Positions 39,882 to 52,648 of a DNA stretch of 64,000 nt are shown here, piece by piece (position 1 is the stretch's first letter; each line of letters starts with the position of its first letter). Source of the DNA: Diadema antillarum (Eukaryota); NCBI RefSeq assembly GCF_040938485.1, contig NW_027272059.1, positions 806,001 to 870,000 on the forward strand, written 5' to 3'. The notes beneath the pieces are model-generated. The model saw only the letters and a list, made by a program, of their open reading frames with translations, did not search any database and was not told the origin of the DNA. A program made the translations under genes and the position numbers.

Positions 39882-40230
39882 CAAAATTCCTGTTTTTTAG
39901 CCAATAATTTTTATTAAATTACTATTTACCCAAACAAATAATCCTTTTAATGAACGAGGTCAATATCATTGAGGGAGGGGAGCACCGAACTAAGTTCGGT
40001 GGAGGGCCCGCGCCGCGCCCGGGGGAGGCTAGTGAGGGATCATCAGAGCAGGGAGGGTCCCTGCTCTGATGATCCCTCACTAGCCTCCCCCGGGCGCGGC
40101 GCGGGCCCTCCACCGAACTTAGTTCGGTGCTCCCCTCCCTCAATGATATTGACCTCGTTCATTAAAAGGATTATTTGTTTGGGTAAATAGTAATTTAATA
40201 AAAATTATTGGCTAAAAAACAGGAATTTTG
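39882..40230. repeat. Perfect 349-bp palindrome (two 173-bp arms, GGG loop at 40055-40057)
   Basis: The arms read as exact reverse complements by eye from c39882/g40230 inward. The mirror-image ORFs 39922-40143(-) and 39969-40190(+) in the ORF track show the same symmetry. Confidence 0.97.
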
Positions 40231-40355
40231 TAAAATAAATTACAGTTTTATAAATACTTGTATGTGAAATATGATGAAAATAATATCAGAAATGATCTTA
40301 AAACATATTCATTCCTCAATGTACCCAATTCTGAGAAGCGCGATGGTCAAAAAAT

Positions 40356-43300
40356 ATGGAGGACAATTCAGATTCAACGCCGACTCTCGTAAACTGCTGT
40401 AGTAAACAAGCTGTAGAATCGGCTTGTCATATGGTTGTATCAACCATTCAGCTTGTGTTGGAGAAAAATGAGTATGAAGATGACTTCCGTGAACGTATCA
40501 AACAACGATTTAAAGAGGTACGTCTGTTTTATGTCGTATACAATCGTGACGCCTTCACCAATTATAAATCAGTCAAGAAAAGCAACCGCAAGACAGGGAT
40601 GTAGACAAACGTTGGTTAGCGGCCGTTGGCGTGCGCGTTGATTTCTATGCACAGTCGCTGTACTCTGTAGGTCCTATTATTTTGCACGTAAAGTCGCGAC
40701 AGGCTTCGCACGGCGTCATGTGTGTGTGTGAAGGACCGGTGTGATCGTGATCTGGGCCCCATTCCATAAAGAAGTTAATTGATGGAAGTTAAATAATAAG
40801 CAAGTTATTATTTTTTTTCTGTGCACTGGCGCAAGCTCTCACCGCACCGACCGCCAGTTTTCCCTTTAGGCTTTGAACAGTGTTGAAAAGCACATAAAAT
40901 TTTAAAATCATGGTTTGGAAATCCATCCAGTGTCACTGTCAGTGAATGGCAAATAAAATAGATTCAGAATGCTAGCACACTCATTCTTCCCAGATGTAAT
41001 TTCCCTTTGGAATAACCTCCCAAAAGAAATAATATTATCCAAGAGCACAGAAGTCTTCAAAACCAAACTAAAAAAGTCAAAGCTTTTATAAAACAAAAGA
41101 AACTTGTGTTACCACTCTCGTCAGCCCTGAGTTACCCTTCCTAGTGGAGGTCTTCGGGGATAACAACTACAAGGTACAAGGTACAAGGTATGTAACGATA
41201 GGCGTTAGGCTTAACGTAACCGCAGCAGCGACCCCAACACATACCAAGTACAGCGCCCCGTGCCGGGGTTATATATAGGCCTAACGTTACTGCGACCAGC
41301 AGCCCCATACGCATAGCGTTACGCTATGCGTATGGATGGGGCTGCTGGTCGCAGTTAGGCCTAACGTAGATTCTAGGCTATGTGTTAACAATGATTACTT
41401 GTATTACTAATGAGGATTTTCTTCCAATTCTTTTTTTCCTGAGATTATTTACCTGCATCCCCCTGATTTCTCTTGATTTCTATTCCATGCATACTTTTGT
41501 CATGATTTTATACGCGAGAAAGCCATTGCGCAAGCGCCAAGGGTGGTCGATCTAAAAATAGGTGGTTAATCGTGATGGATAGAAAAGTACTAGCTGTAGT
41601 AGTAGAACATAGGGTAAGAGCATGAAATTGATCCAAAGATATATTTGAATAATTCAGTTTTTCTTTTAGCTTTTAATATCCATAGACTCATGAAGAGTTT
41701 ATTTTCCATGCATGCCTCAAGTTATCATTTCTTCTCACACTTAACCTCCCGTACATCACAATTCGTTTCCCCTTCCTTGTGCCTATTTATATACACTTTC
41801 CAGTACTGGTACCTTCTTTACATCTCACCCATCTCCACACCTCATGACTCTTTTGTTCTGTTCCCATTCATGTTTAAGTTCAACTCATGATCACCTCATC
41901 TTTACTTTCCAATAGTTCTTTCTTTGACCTCAGGGGGATGTTTCATCAAGTTAGTCAGCGCTGACAAGTTGTCTGTCTCTGACATTCACCATGGTAACAG
42001 TCAGTGACCAGAGCATCTCAGCCAATCAAAACCAAGGATTTTGCTGAAATTGTCAGCGCTGACTAAATTGATGAAACACCCCCCTGGTCACACTCTTTTG
42101 AATAGCGTTTTGATTGGTTTGTGTAGTTTGTGATTTAAATACGCAAATGGAAAGAACCCTGTGGGTTCTTAATAAAGAATCAGTCTACCACTGGAACTCA
42201 CTGAGAGAGGACCTCCTTCTTCTGCCTAGGGCTCCCTTCTTTCTTTGAATGTTTGTTGGAGGTTGACTAAAATGCTGCTCAGCTTGTGGAGTGCCGAGTG
42301 AGTAGCTGATGATGATTTTGGACACCAGAATAAGTGTCACAGTCGACTAACTACATCTGGTCGTCAAGGATATGTTCTGCAGAGACTACGTCTGGCTTCA
42401 CGGAATCCCCTCCTCTACAGAGGAGAGCCGTAAATGTCAAAAAATGATGAAAAAGAAAAAAAAACAACAACCTGCAGAGGACATACAACAGATTTTTTCT
42501 GTCTAGAATGTAATCTAGTAATCTGTATTCAGTATTTGCAAACAAGTATAGAAGTAGAAGATCTAGTCTAAGACTCTAAGTTTGACATCTCCAAAGTTAA
42601 ATGTAAATTTTGCAGTGTGTGACTGGCATTCATGATTGACATCAATTATCATACCATTGAAGTTGTATGAAATTAAAAATAAATACAGTATGTCACATTG
42701 ACATCAAGCAGCTTGAATTATCAAATATTGACAAATGCCTTTGTTCCTGCAGGTGTATGAAAATGCTGTTCACTACAATGTGTCAGTTGAAGGTCAAACC
42801 TGGAGTCAAGCTATGGAGGAAGGAAACGTAACAAAAGGTATTCACCACTATGCACTCTCTGATTTCTCACTCTCAAAATGTTACCTACTTTAACTGTGTA
42901 ATTGCCTCCCCTTTCTTTTCTTCCTTTATCATCGATAGTGTAATGAATGCCAAGAATTCTTCAAGCTGGTTGGTCTACTGAATGGCCCTTTCTATATGCT
43001 TAAATCAGAAGACACAGTTACCACTGAATTTTCTTTCACATTTCTTATGTAATGGCCACAGGATTACACCTCACTGACTTGTTGTGTTGTGCTAAATGGA
43101 ACAGGTGCCATAAAAACCTCAAGTAATACAGTACATGCCAGTGATTATAAAGACTTTAAGTCTTCTTTGTCAATATACATGTACCGGTATCATACTGTAT
43201 GCTTACCCAAAAGATGGGGAAAAATGCTTTGCATCAATGTCTGCATCAAGTTTGTTCCTCCATTCATGTATTTGTTTGGGTTGCAGATTTGTCAAAAGAT

Positions 43301-46300
43301 CTTGACTTAGTTTTGTAATTAATAACATACTTTAGAAGCAGGGAGGTGCCACCTCCCTGTTAGAAGTCAGGTTCATGTTTCTCTTAAATTGACATTTTGT
43401 ATTTTTGTGAAGATTTAGTGAATTCAACCAGTCCCAAAAGTAGGACTCACACTAAAATTCTGATTTGCCAATGTAATGGGTCGAAATTATTATTTCTGCT
43501 GCAGAATGCCTTTAGGATTTGATGGGTTGATGAAAATTTATGTCAGTTTGGTTTGAGAAAAGATAGCATTTATGAAGTCCTTAATTACAACAATTGTAAT
43601 CTGGACCTGCCAAATGAATTTGGTCATTACAATGTAGTGATATCACATAGGTTTTTTTTTTTTTTTTTTTTACTTTATTCAGTTTAGTTTCCACCCATGT
43701 AACAATTTCTCAAAGAACCTCTGTTTACTCCTGTTTAACAATACATTGTGCTGACTCGTATACAGAATGGGAGCTACCTATCCCATGTCTGCTCTTCTTG
43801 AACTTCAATTTAAGATGTGCCCTTCCACAAAGAAAGCCAACCCTCCACAACTTAGTGTAAACAGTTCAAGATTCTACAGTTAATTCTCAGAAGGTACTGG
43901 TAATCCCCACATGTTCAGAGCTGATTACATCCAAGGTGGCCATTCAGTCCAAAACATTAGAATCCCCAACTTGCTGTGTACTTACAAACCTACATGGCCC
44001 CAAAATGCAAAAGAGCAGTGGACAGTAGCACCCTCTTAGTACATATTGTGTACTCATTACATCTTCAACAGCTATTTAATCCCTCTTTGAACAGGACTTA
44101 ATTGCCCACCCAAGCAAATATAAAGAATGGGACAAAGCCAGAGTCAACTTCACCAACAAGACATGTACTAAAGCTACAATTTTAATTCCCTCTATGAAGG
44201 TTGTCCAATCAAAAATTGAGTTAACAACCTTAAATCTATTGTTGTCTTGCACAAAATTAGCATATGGATCTCATATATCCCATTTTCCATGATCTCCTGC
44301 ACAGTTGTAAAAGTGCACGAAATGATTTGTTTAAAATGTGTTTATTTTGCATTGTTTTAGATTATGAGCCAGTTAATGTGGAACTGAGGAAGGATGTGGA
44401 TGCCAAAGCACTCAGATTGGATGAGCTCCTGGTGGAAACAACAGCAAAAAGAAGGGAGATGCCCCCAAAGATCACACAAGAAATCACCAAAAGGATGGAG
44501 CACTTGAGGCATTCAGCTGTAAGCCAAAAGCAGAAAAAAAAGTTTACTTCTCAAATTTGCTGGACAAATCAGACAGTTGACTAAAGTAATTATATATTCT
44601 GTTCAGTTCTATGGAGCAAAGTTGCAATAAAAGACATTTGATGCAACAGCACATGACATAATTGAACAGTGAGTAGCTCTGCGGTACTAGGAAAAAAAAT
44701 TCCTTAAAAAAATATTTTGAGAGCAATAATGAGGCCAAGAGATAGAACTCTTGATCTAGGCTGCAATTAGTTTCAAATGAAAGATACTGCATCAAATGTT
44801 GATGATGTCTGTAACTACCAGTACTTAATGTGGTAAACAAGTTGTCAACATTGCATAGTTGTTTCAGTAGCACCTTGCTTGAAGATGAACCAGCTCTTCA
44901 CTAAATTTTGGTGGGAAAGCAAAATCATGGTATCATCTAGGTATTTCATTTGCTGCAGTTGATATTTCCATAATATTGATTTTTTTTTTTTAATGGTAAC
45001 CATGACTTGTGCTGAACTCATCATATATGGTAATACTGTACCTCTCTTTCTGCAGGAACAATATACACCAGTAGTGAATGGGCTTGAAGTTGATACCAGC
45101 AATTTTCCAAGTCAAGGTAATTATATAATGTTACTGACAGATTTGTCAAAATCACAGTGATACTCACACTTCCAAATTACCCCCATGAACTATCTGTAGT
45201 GCTCATGACTCCAAATATATTTTGCCCATTGATAGATGATGTAGAATGTGCCAATGTAAGCAAAACTTAAAGGCATTGTTTAACTATATGTCTAATTAAA
45301 AAGGGTTAAAGCTATCGCCGCGATGTGTCATACTCATGACTTTTTTCTTTTGAGTCTCCCGCATCTTTTGACACCAAATCCCAGATGCCTGGGCGCGCGA
45401 TTCGGAAGTTGGGCATAAATATGTACGTGCATGTCAGACCAAATATTGCTCAAAACTGTGAATTTGTGTACAATTTCAATGCAAACTGTGCTTTCAGGCA
45501 AATTTCATAAAAGCATGATTATTTGGGGGTTTTATCCATTAAAATCAATTAATAGCATATTTTCTTGTTCGGAACAATGTCGCGGACAAGTTTCATCGAA
45601 AAGACAATGAAAAACATAAAGTCGAAAAACAGAGAAATACATAAGAAATTCAAAAAACAATAAAATACTTACGAAATTTTTTCTGATGCCGCAATTTTTG
45701 TCTCTTATATTTGCTCAGGACACCAAAAAGAATATTTACACAAAAAATGTGCCCATTTTGAGCTTTATTTAGTGATTTATACCAAATTGTCTGATTTCAT
45801 GCATCATTATGCATAAATTAGCATAATTTAGCATAAATGATAATTTTTTTTAAATTTACCTTCGTAGTACCGTAGATTACGTCATAGGCAATGTGTGTGC
45901 CAATTTTCGTCACGGTCGACGGCCGAGATCTGGAGGGGGGGCCTAGGAGGCCCACCCCCCTGGCTCTATGATCTACCTAAATAGCCCGGCCTAGTTAGGG
46001 TTAAATATCATTATACATCCCAGTCAGCAAAGTGTGACAGTTTTCTTCAAAGTTTGACAGTTTTCATTAAAGTTTCATATTACTTACAGTGAATATGCAT
46101 TGTCATATGACTTTAAGGGCACAAGAAAGTTTTCCGTAGTAGGGTAATCCTCCGTACTGTATGACTACAAGTGTTTCTATACTTTGTAAAGTATCCAAAA
46201 AATGTTACCGGGTACACACCTTGTGTTTGCTTATGTTACACTTCAGAGGAAGTAACCAATCCAAGTGCTAATTGCTTTCTGTTTTCCGTGCAGTTCTGAG

Positions 46301-47060
46301 CGACGATGCAAGACTGTTGGAAGAGTCAGGCGAAGCAATTGCCAGGTTATCAAGGGTAAGATAACAAATTTCTGGCTGTAGATGTACATGTATGCTGGCT
46401 AGTGTGTACAGTTAAATTGAACTTTTGCCAACACTCACTTAATAATGAGTCAATCTTTGAAAAGAAAATTGAAGTTCTTTGGTGAAATGATAAACTGCTG
46501 GATAAAGGTAGCATAGCATTCAAGTCCTGTTCCTAACTAACGTCCATTGAATGAAATTGAATATTTGATTTTAAGTGAATACCAGATGTAAAGAAACTGA
46601 AGTAATATTTCTGTCTGTTACTGCTAAACAAGTAGGCTGAGGTAAACTTTGATGAATGCTTCAGATCACTACCTGCCATCTCTTGATGAAATTTGATAAA
46701 TTGTGTGTGCTTACAAATGAGAAGCTACCAAAATGAGATTACAAAGAATTGACATCCTCATTCTGTATTCCTCCAACCTCTCTTTGCTCTTTGTTACAGG
46801 ACCTTCCGCTGCTGGAAGACAAGGCGTCCCGTCTCCACGAGGCTCATGAGATGAAGTCTTCCATGCATGGTAGCAGGGTCTACAAGGTTCTCTCTCATCC
46901 CTTGGAAGAGGAAAGCAAGATGGCGGTGTCTATGACTCCCCTGCGTAGAAGGCTTGCAGATGAGACACCATCACCTATCATCAAACCCTCGGCCAAATAT
47001 GCTTTCCGGGCTCTCAAGGTGCAAAACCACCCTATTAATAATAACTACAAGTTAAAATGA
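40356..47060 (+). CDS. NSL1: Kinetochore-associated protein NSL1 (MIS12 complex), ~262 aa
   Basis: Six phase-consistent exons: 40356-40517, 42753-42837, 44361-44518, 45056-45116, 46294-46355, 46800-47060. It resembles recalled NSL1 motifs: VNCCSKQAV (VRCTSKRAV), YENAVHYNVSVEGQTWSQA (FESAVQENISINGQAWQEA), LDELLVETTAKRREMPPKI (FDEIIVDIATKRKQYPRKI), DLPLLEDK. Head-to-head with TATDN3. Confidence 0.88.
40900..41188 (+). mobile_element. 3' fragment of a LINE with (TACAAGG)n tail, NSL1 intron 1
   Basis: A plus-strand frame gives HSFFPDVISLWNNLPKEIILSKSTEVFKTKL, the typical C-terminus of CR1/L2/RTE-type ORF2, followed by a short 3' UTR and three TACAAGG repeats. Confidence 0.65.
41931..42086. mobile_element. 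MITE with long TIR
   Basis: CAGGGGGATGTTTCATCAAGTTAGTCAGCGCTGACAA / TTGTCAGCGCTGACTAAATTGATGAAACACCCCCCTG. Confidence 0.7.
45310..46003. mobile_element. Probable piggyBac-like non-autonomous fragment (one end visible)
   Basis: Ends CCTAGTTAGGG|TTAA and is compositionally distinct from the intron; no matching left end was found. Confidence 0.4.
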
Positions 47061-50000
47061 TTGCTATCGATTATGCTGTGAAGATTGGACAGAAATAATC
47101 TTAAATCATCTTACATCGCTTAACCTTTTCATGACTAGTCCTGTCTTTGGCCTAGATCTGTGGAGAATGTGTACTAGCCAAGCCACCATGCCATTATTAT
47201 AGGAGAAATCTCTTTACACAGGATAGGCATGACTACAAACCAATGTTTGTCTGTAGTCAGAGGTAACCAGTACCTTTGAGCAAAGTTCTTGTGTTAACCA
47301 GTCTGCCACCACTGTTACTCTCTTGTTCTTCCCTGTAGCACACACTACAAGCTACATGTATATATGGAGCTGCATTGGACATGTATCTTTGTATACTGGT
47401 ACGTAAACTGAGAACAGGCTTGACTGAGAGATACACTGAGATACACACATTCTTTCTCTCTCTCTTTAAATATATACATTGACTGACCAAATTGTACATC
47501 CACTACTTGTAATATCAATATTCACTATGATTTACATTGTACATGTATTTTTCTTTGAATTTAGTACTAAGACTAATAGCCATAACTATGCGCTGCTTTA
47601 TCTTTTGTAGGCTTGTACATACAGTCCTACATACCAATCATTTGTGATAACATACAAGAGTTAATGTGTATAGTAGCAGATGACTTTATGTATATCAAAG
47701 CATGAATGTGATATTGCACTGCTAGAGCAGGGCAGATACAAGTGTACCAGCAACAAGCATAATTTGTGTCTTTGTGTGAAGTGTCTCAGATGGATTGCAA
47801 AGTTTTTAAAGGAAATGATTAATTATCAATATAAACTTGACAACAAAGACACTCAGTTTTAACAAATATGTGCTTACTTGGGGGGATTGCTGCATAACAA
47901 TTTAATCTGTCCACAGGTGTCCATGTGCTATATTTACTGTTTTCATTTTGTAGGAGCAGCTGTAACTTTTTTATTTCCTTTTTGCAACACACATATGTTG
48001 TAAATGTGGTATATATTGTAGTGTTTAAAGTTTTACAAATTTTGCACGTTGACTAATATTCCCAAAATTAACAACTTCTGAAAATACACATATTCTGTCC
48101 CTCTATACAAATGCTGTATACCATCTCTTGAAGTGGGAAAATCACCAACTTTTTTTTTTCTGGAAAGAGATAGTGCATGTATTCATTTGTCATTGTATAA
48201 TTGTAGTTCTTGATTGCCAAATCAACCACTTGCAAAATTGTCTTACTAGCCCCAAACAATGAAATATACTTAACAAATACCAAAGTATATACCATATGCA
48301 GTATGCTGTAAGATTATTGGGATAAAATGTGTAAACTCTGCTCCTAGTTCTCTCAGGATCATTCGAGTCAATGAAAATATCAGAAACATCCACAAAAAGT
48401 TCTTGTAAGCCACAAGGGTGTGACATGAACAAATGAAGAGTTTATTTGCAAAAACAGATAGGTCAATGTTTGAAGATTTTGAAGTACGGTCTCTGTCATG
48501 AAGTACAAAATAATACCTTTTAAATGATATATTGGTCGCTACATATAAAGGTACATTTTTGAAGTTATGGTCAAAAGAAGCAAAAATGTTATTATTCTCT
48601 TTATTTTTCTTAACCTTTAATCGCAAATATCTCCATTTGGCAAATATGGACTTATCGGTTTTTGTGAACAAACTCTTCAAATATTCACCACCGTCTCTAA
48701 GTAGTAGTAAAGTCTCTTTGATCTTGTTGGACGAAAGATGCCCGATTGATCCATACTGCTATTGCCACTATTGACAAACTAATAGATGGCACCATTTACA
48801 CATATGTGTATTCTTGTGTGTGTGTGTGAAACAAACCACTTCTCCAGGTTTGCACTCCACTTTGCAAGACCTGAAGTGAGATTTTATGTATCACGAAAAT
48901 ATCCAAACAAATTTAATGATTCATTTCCTTCTTATATCAAGTGCATTAGGATGAAATTTGGCGAGTACACGTACATTGTAGTTCATTGAGCATGTTGTAA
49001 ATGATGCACACAAAATGCTTACCGGTACATGTGATTTCGTGTCCGTTCTGATTTTTTTCATGTTTGTGTAATGGATCTTTACTTGGGAGCAAATGGCTAC
49101 ACTGCATATAACAGTGGACATAATTGGGTATTCCTGTAAATTCTACCGAGTTCAAATTAATGTGATTCACATTTATGTGTACGTGAGTGTATATTTTCAT
49201 GGTACAGTATACTGTAATAGTGGATATTTTCACGAGAGCAATGTTTTACGCTCTTCTGATTAGGATAAATTTTGCAGGTTTTTAATTGCATGGAATCAAA
49301 TCAAATTTCCGTGCTAGTTTCTGGTTATGCGAAATGTGTGAAACTTTTCACATGGCAAAAATTTCCACTTTTACAGTATCATCTGCATTCTGAGTAGCCA
49401 GTGTATAACATAGTGCAGTTCATGTATTGGCATACATAACTATTTTGGTAGAAAATCATTCATATTTGTCAAATTTGTAGTCAAAATTACATGTATCATA
49501 TATTATTCTGATATATTACTTTGACCTTTGTTGCATAAAAACATGATTTTGAGTTCCAGCTATGTATTGCACTTCCTACCAAAAAGTCACCAGTGTGAGC
49601 CTGTAAACTGTATTATACAGTCCTTGAGCAACAATGTAATTGTATGGAAATCCTGTTCTAACAAGGTTGCCAGGACCACCAACAGTAAATATGCTGTACT
49701 AAAAACACACAACGTAAATACAGACTTGGAAAATCATGACCACAGAATTCACCTCGTTAAAAGTGGGACATGTACCTTGTTGTAAGCAAGCTTGTTATAG
49801 CTGAATTTCCTTGTACATCCAACCTCAGTTATCTGACCATGTTGGGACCGATGCCCTTTCGGACATGTAGGGAGATTGGACTCTCTGGGACAAGTGATAT
49901 GGCTGGACAAGTGAGACCAGGGAGATGGGCTTCTCCCTGGTCAGATATGCTCAAGCCTGAGGCATGTTGGGGTTTCTATGTAAGACACTGATTATTCATT

Positions 50001-52648
50001 ACGATTTACATGATACTTGCATGTGTCACAATTCAAATACACATTTGTAATGTGACGATGAAATGGAATATGTGTGGAAATATGCCTTCCTCTTGGTCTT
50101 TGTTCTCTCTAGCTACAGTATTTTGGTTGGTATGAATATATACACTATATACAAGTATTGTATCATAGTGATCAACATTGATTATGTCCTGACTTTCTCA
50201 TTTCCTCATGAACTGTACACTGTATTTGCAAGAGAATCATTGCTTTGTACTATAGTTCAGTTTCGCACTGATGCTGAAAAGACGTAAGTACCGTTCCATG
50301 TCCGGAAAGTACAGAGATCAAGAAAAGTAATGGCCCAATAACCGAGGTTGGCCTGTAATGTTGTGGTTAAGGTACTTTGTACCGTAGATATGTAAATGTA
50401 CTAGATTGCTTTCACAGAAATTTGGGATAAACTGACCAGACTGGTCTCATTGTTTAAGGACACCAGTCTATTCCATGTTACGTCATTCTCCGCAATAGGA
50501 CAATGTGCTGGCACAAACACTTGTACTGTATAATGTTCAAGCTCATTTAGCATTTTGTTAGCCTGGGGTACTATTGTACAACGTACTTGACTTGACTACT
50601 GTACTAAATCAGTGGTTAGGTGGACTAACAAAATATATGTTCATTGCATTCTGTGGAACATTTCATAATCAAAGAATAAATTCATGTGTGAATGAATTGG
50701 TTTCTCACAAAAATTTGTTGGAATATTTTATTGAAATTCATGAAGTCAATGTACATACATATAGTGTCACACTTTGGACATTTATGTACAAAATGAGTCA
50801 AACTGAATGTACAAAATCTAAAAATAACATCCATAATGTTTCCTGGCATCCACAACCAGAGTGGAGAAAGAGAAAAGAAACTAAGGTAGACATCCAAGAC
50901 GACTCAGTGAAAGTCAAAATCTTGAGTCGACACTCCACATCAGGTCTCCTGCATTCTCTCTTTTTCTTTGTAAGGTTTATACATTGTATAGTTTCATCTT
51001 TTCTATATCTGGTAAATGTATTTCCTTAATCTCACTGGATTTCTACTCAAATTTCAAGGTTTACTGAAAGTGACAAAATGCTTCTATGAGAATTCTCACA
51101 AGCTACAACTAAAACTATGATGCTCCTAATTTGGTAACTAACATCACATGCATTGCTCTTTAAACAATATGAATCGTGCATATCCTACACACCACTGAAA
51201 AACAACAAACAAACCAAAAACAAACCTGTGCAGAAACTCATACATTTGTTAAGTCAGGCATTGACTATTGGTTGTACATAGAACACATTTGTATATCTCT
51301 TTTTATTCTGAAGATATGTGTACTGATATGATTTTAAAAAAAAGGGGGGGGGTATTAGAAACCTCATCCATGTGACTATTACCACCTATGGAGTATGCCT
51401 GTAATATAGAAGTTACCACAGTGGAAAATTTGCACAAACATTTTCATAAGAGCAGGTTATTTCAGTCATGAGAAGCCGAAACAAATAAAAACATGATTTT
51501 TTTTTCCCCATCTGGACAAATGAACAGAGTATCTCATGTCAAGTACGACTGTATGTACAGTCAACCTTGCATAAGTCAATCTCATATAAGCTGAAGAATT
51601 AGCTGAATCAAAGGAAAATCGTACACTGGATGAACATAAACGTGTTAATTCTCTTGTGTAAAGCAAAATTCATGCATTAAATCAAAAGTATTTTCTCTGT
51701 TCCCTTTAGATGCCACTTAAGCAAAGTTAACTTTATTTTGCTGTATCAAGTACTCTGTACACCAAGTTTCTTCTGTGTGCACTGAATTAACATGGATGAG
51801 AAAAGTTGGCAGCTACTTTGTACAAGGGAACCTTGTTATAATGAGAATCTAAAAACCGAGACAATTACCTTATTATATCAGGTTCTCACTATGTCAGGGT
51901 ACAAAAACAAGAGTTGGAACCTACAAAATCACCTTGTTGAAAGAGGGTTTGTTATATCCAACCTCTTTATGAGGTTCCATTGTATCTGTGCATTTACAGC
52001 TAATTGCAAATTACCATGGAAGACCAAACAATTCTTTTTATAAACACACACTGATTAATTTAACATTAATAAGTAGAGTGTGAAGTGTGCATCTCTCTTC
52101 TTGGTATCAATGGTAATAAACACATTAAGGCATTCACGATTCTCATGGATTTGTTCATTATTCCCAGAATATATCATGTAAAGGAAATCCTACGACAAAT
52201 CTGCACAAGAAATCTTGAAAATGAGAAGGGGGAAAAATACAGTTTTGTCAGTCTTATCATATGGAATGATATGTGATAATTCAGATTGAAAACTGCTAGC
52301 AGTAAGCATTATGATTCATTTGCAATTTTCGTGTGATACACATGCAATGGCTCACCATAACTTGTATACCATCAAACTTACTTCCAGCTGAACCTACTCC
52401 TGCTAAAATTTAGCTGGCTGTGGACGAATGAATAAAATAGTTGTTACATGCCGTAGGCAAAATCTAGACCTATACAAGTCTGAGAAATGACCCTCCCCCT
52501 CCGCCCCCCCCCCCCCCCAAAAAAAAACAAAACCCACCACAACAAACTTTGATCATCATCAGCGGATTATCATGTCTTGATGGCACTGTCAGCAAACTTG
52601 GGTAAAAAAGAAATAATCTTGGCAGAAACACAAGACACACAACTCTGT

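Noticed and set aside
39922-40190. Twin 73-aa ORFs (MREGSTELSS...) as duplicated genes
   Set aside because: They are the two strands of the palindrome and have no splice context or recognisable domain.
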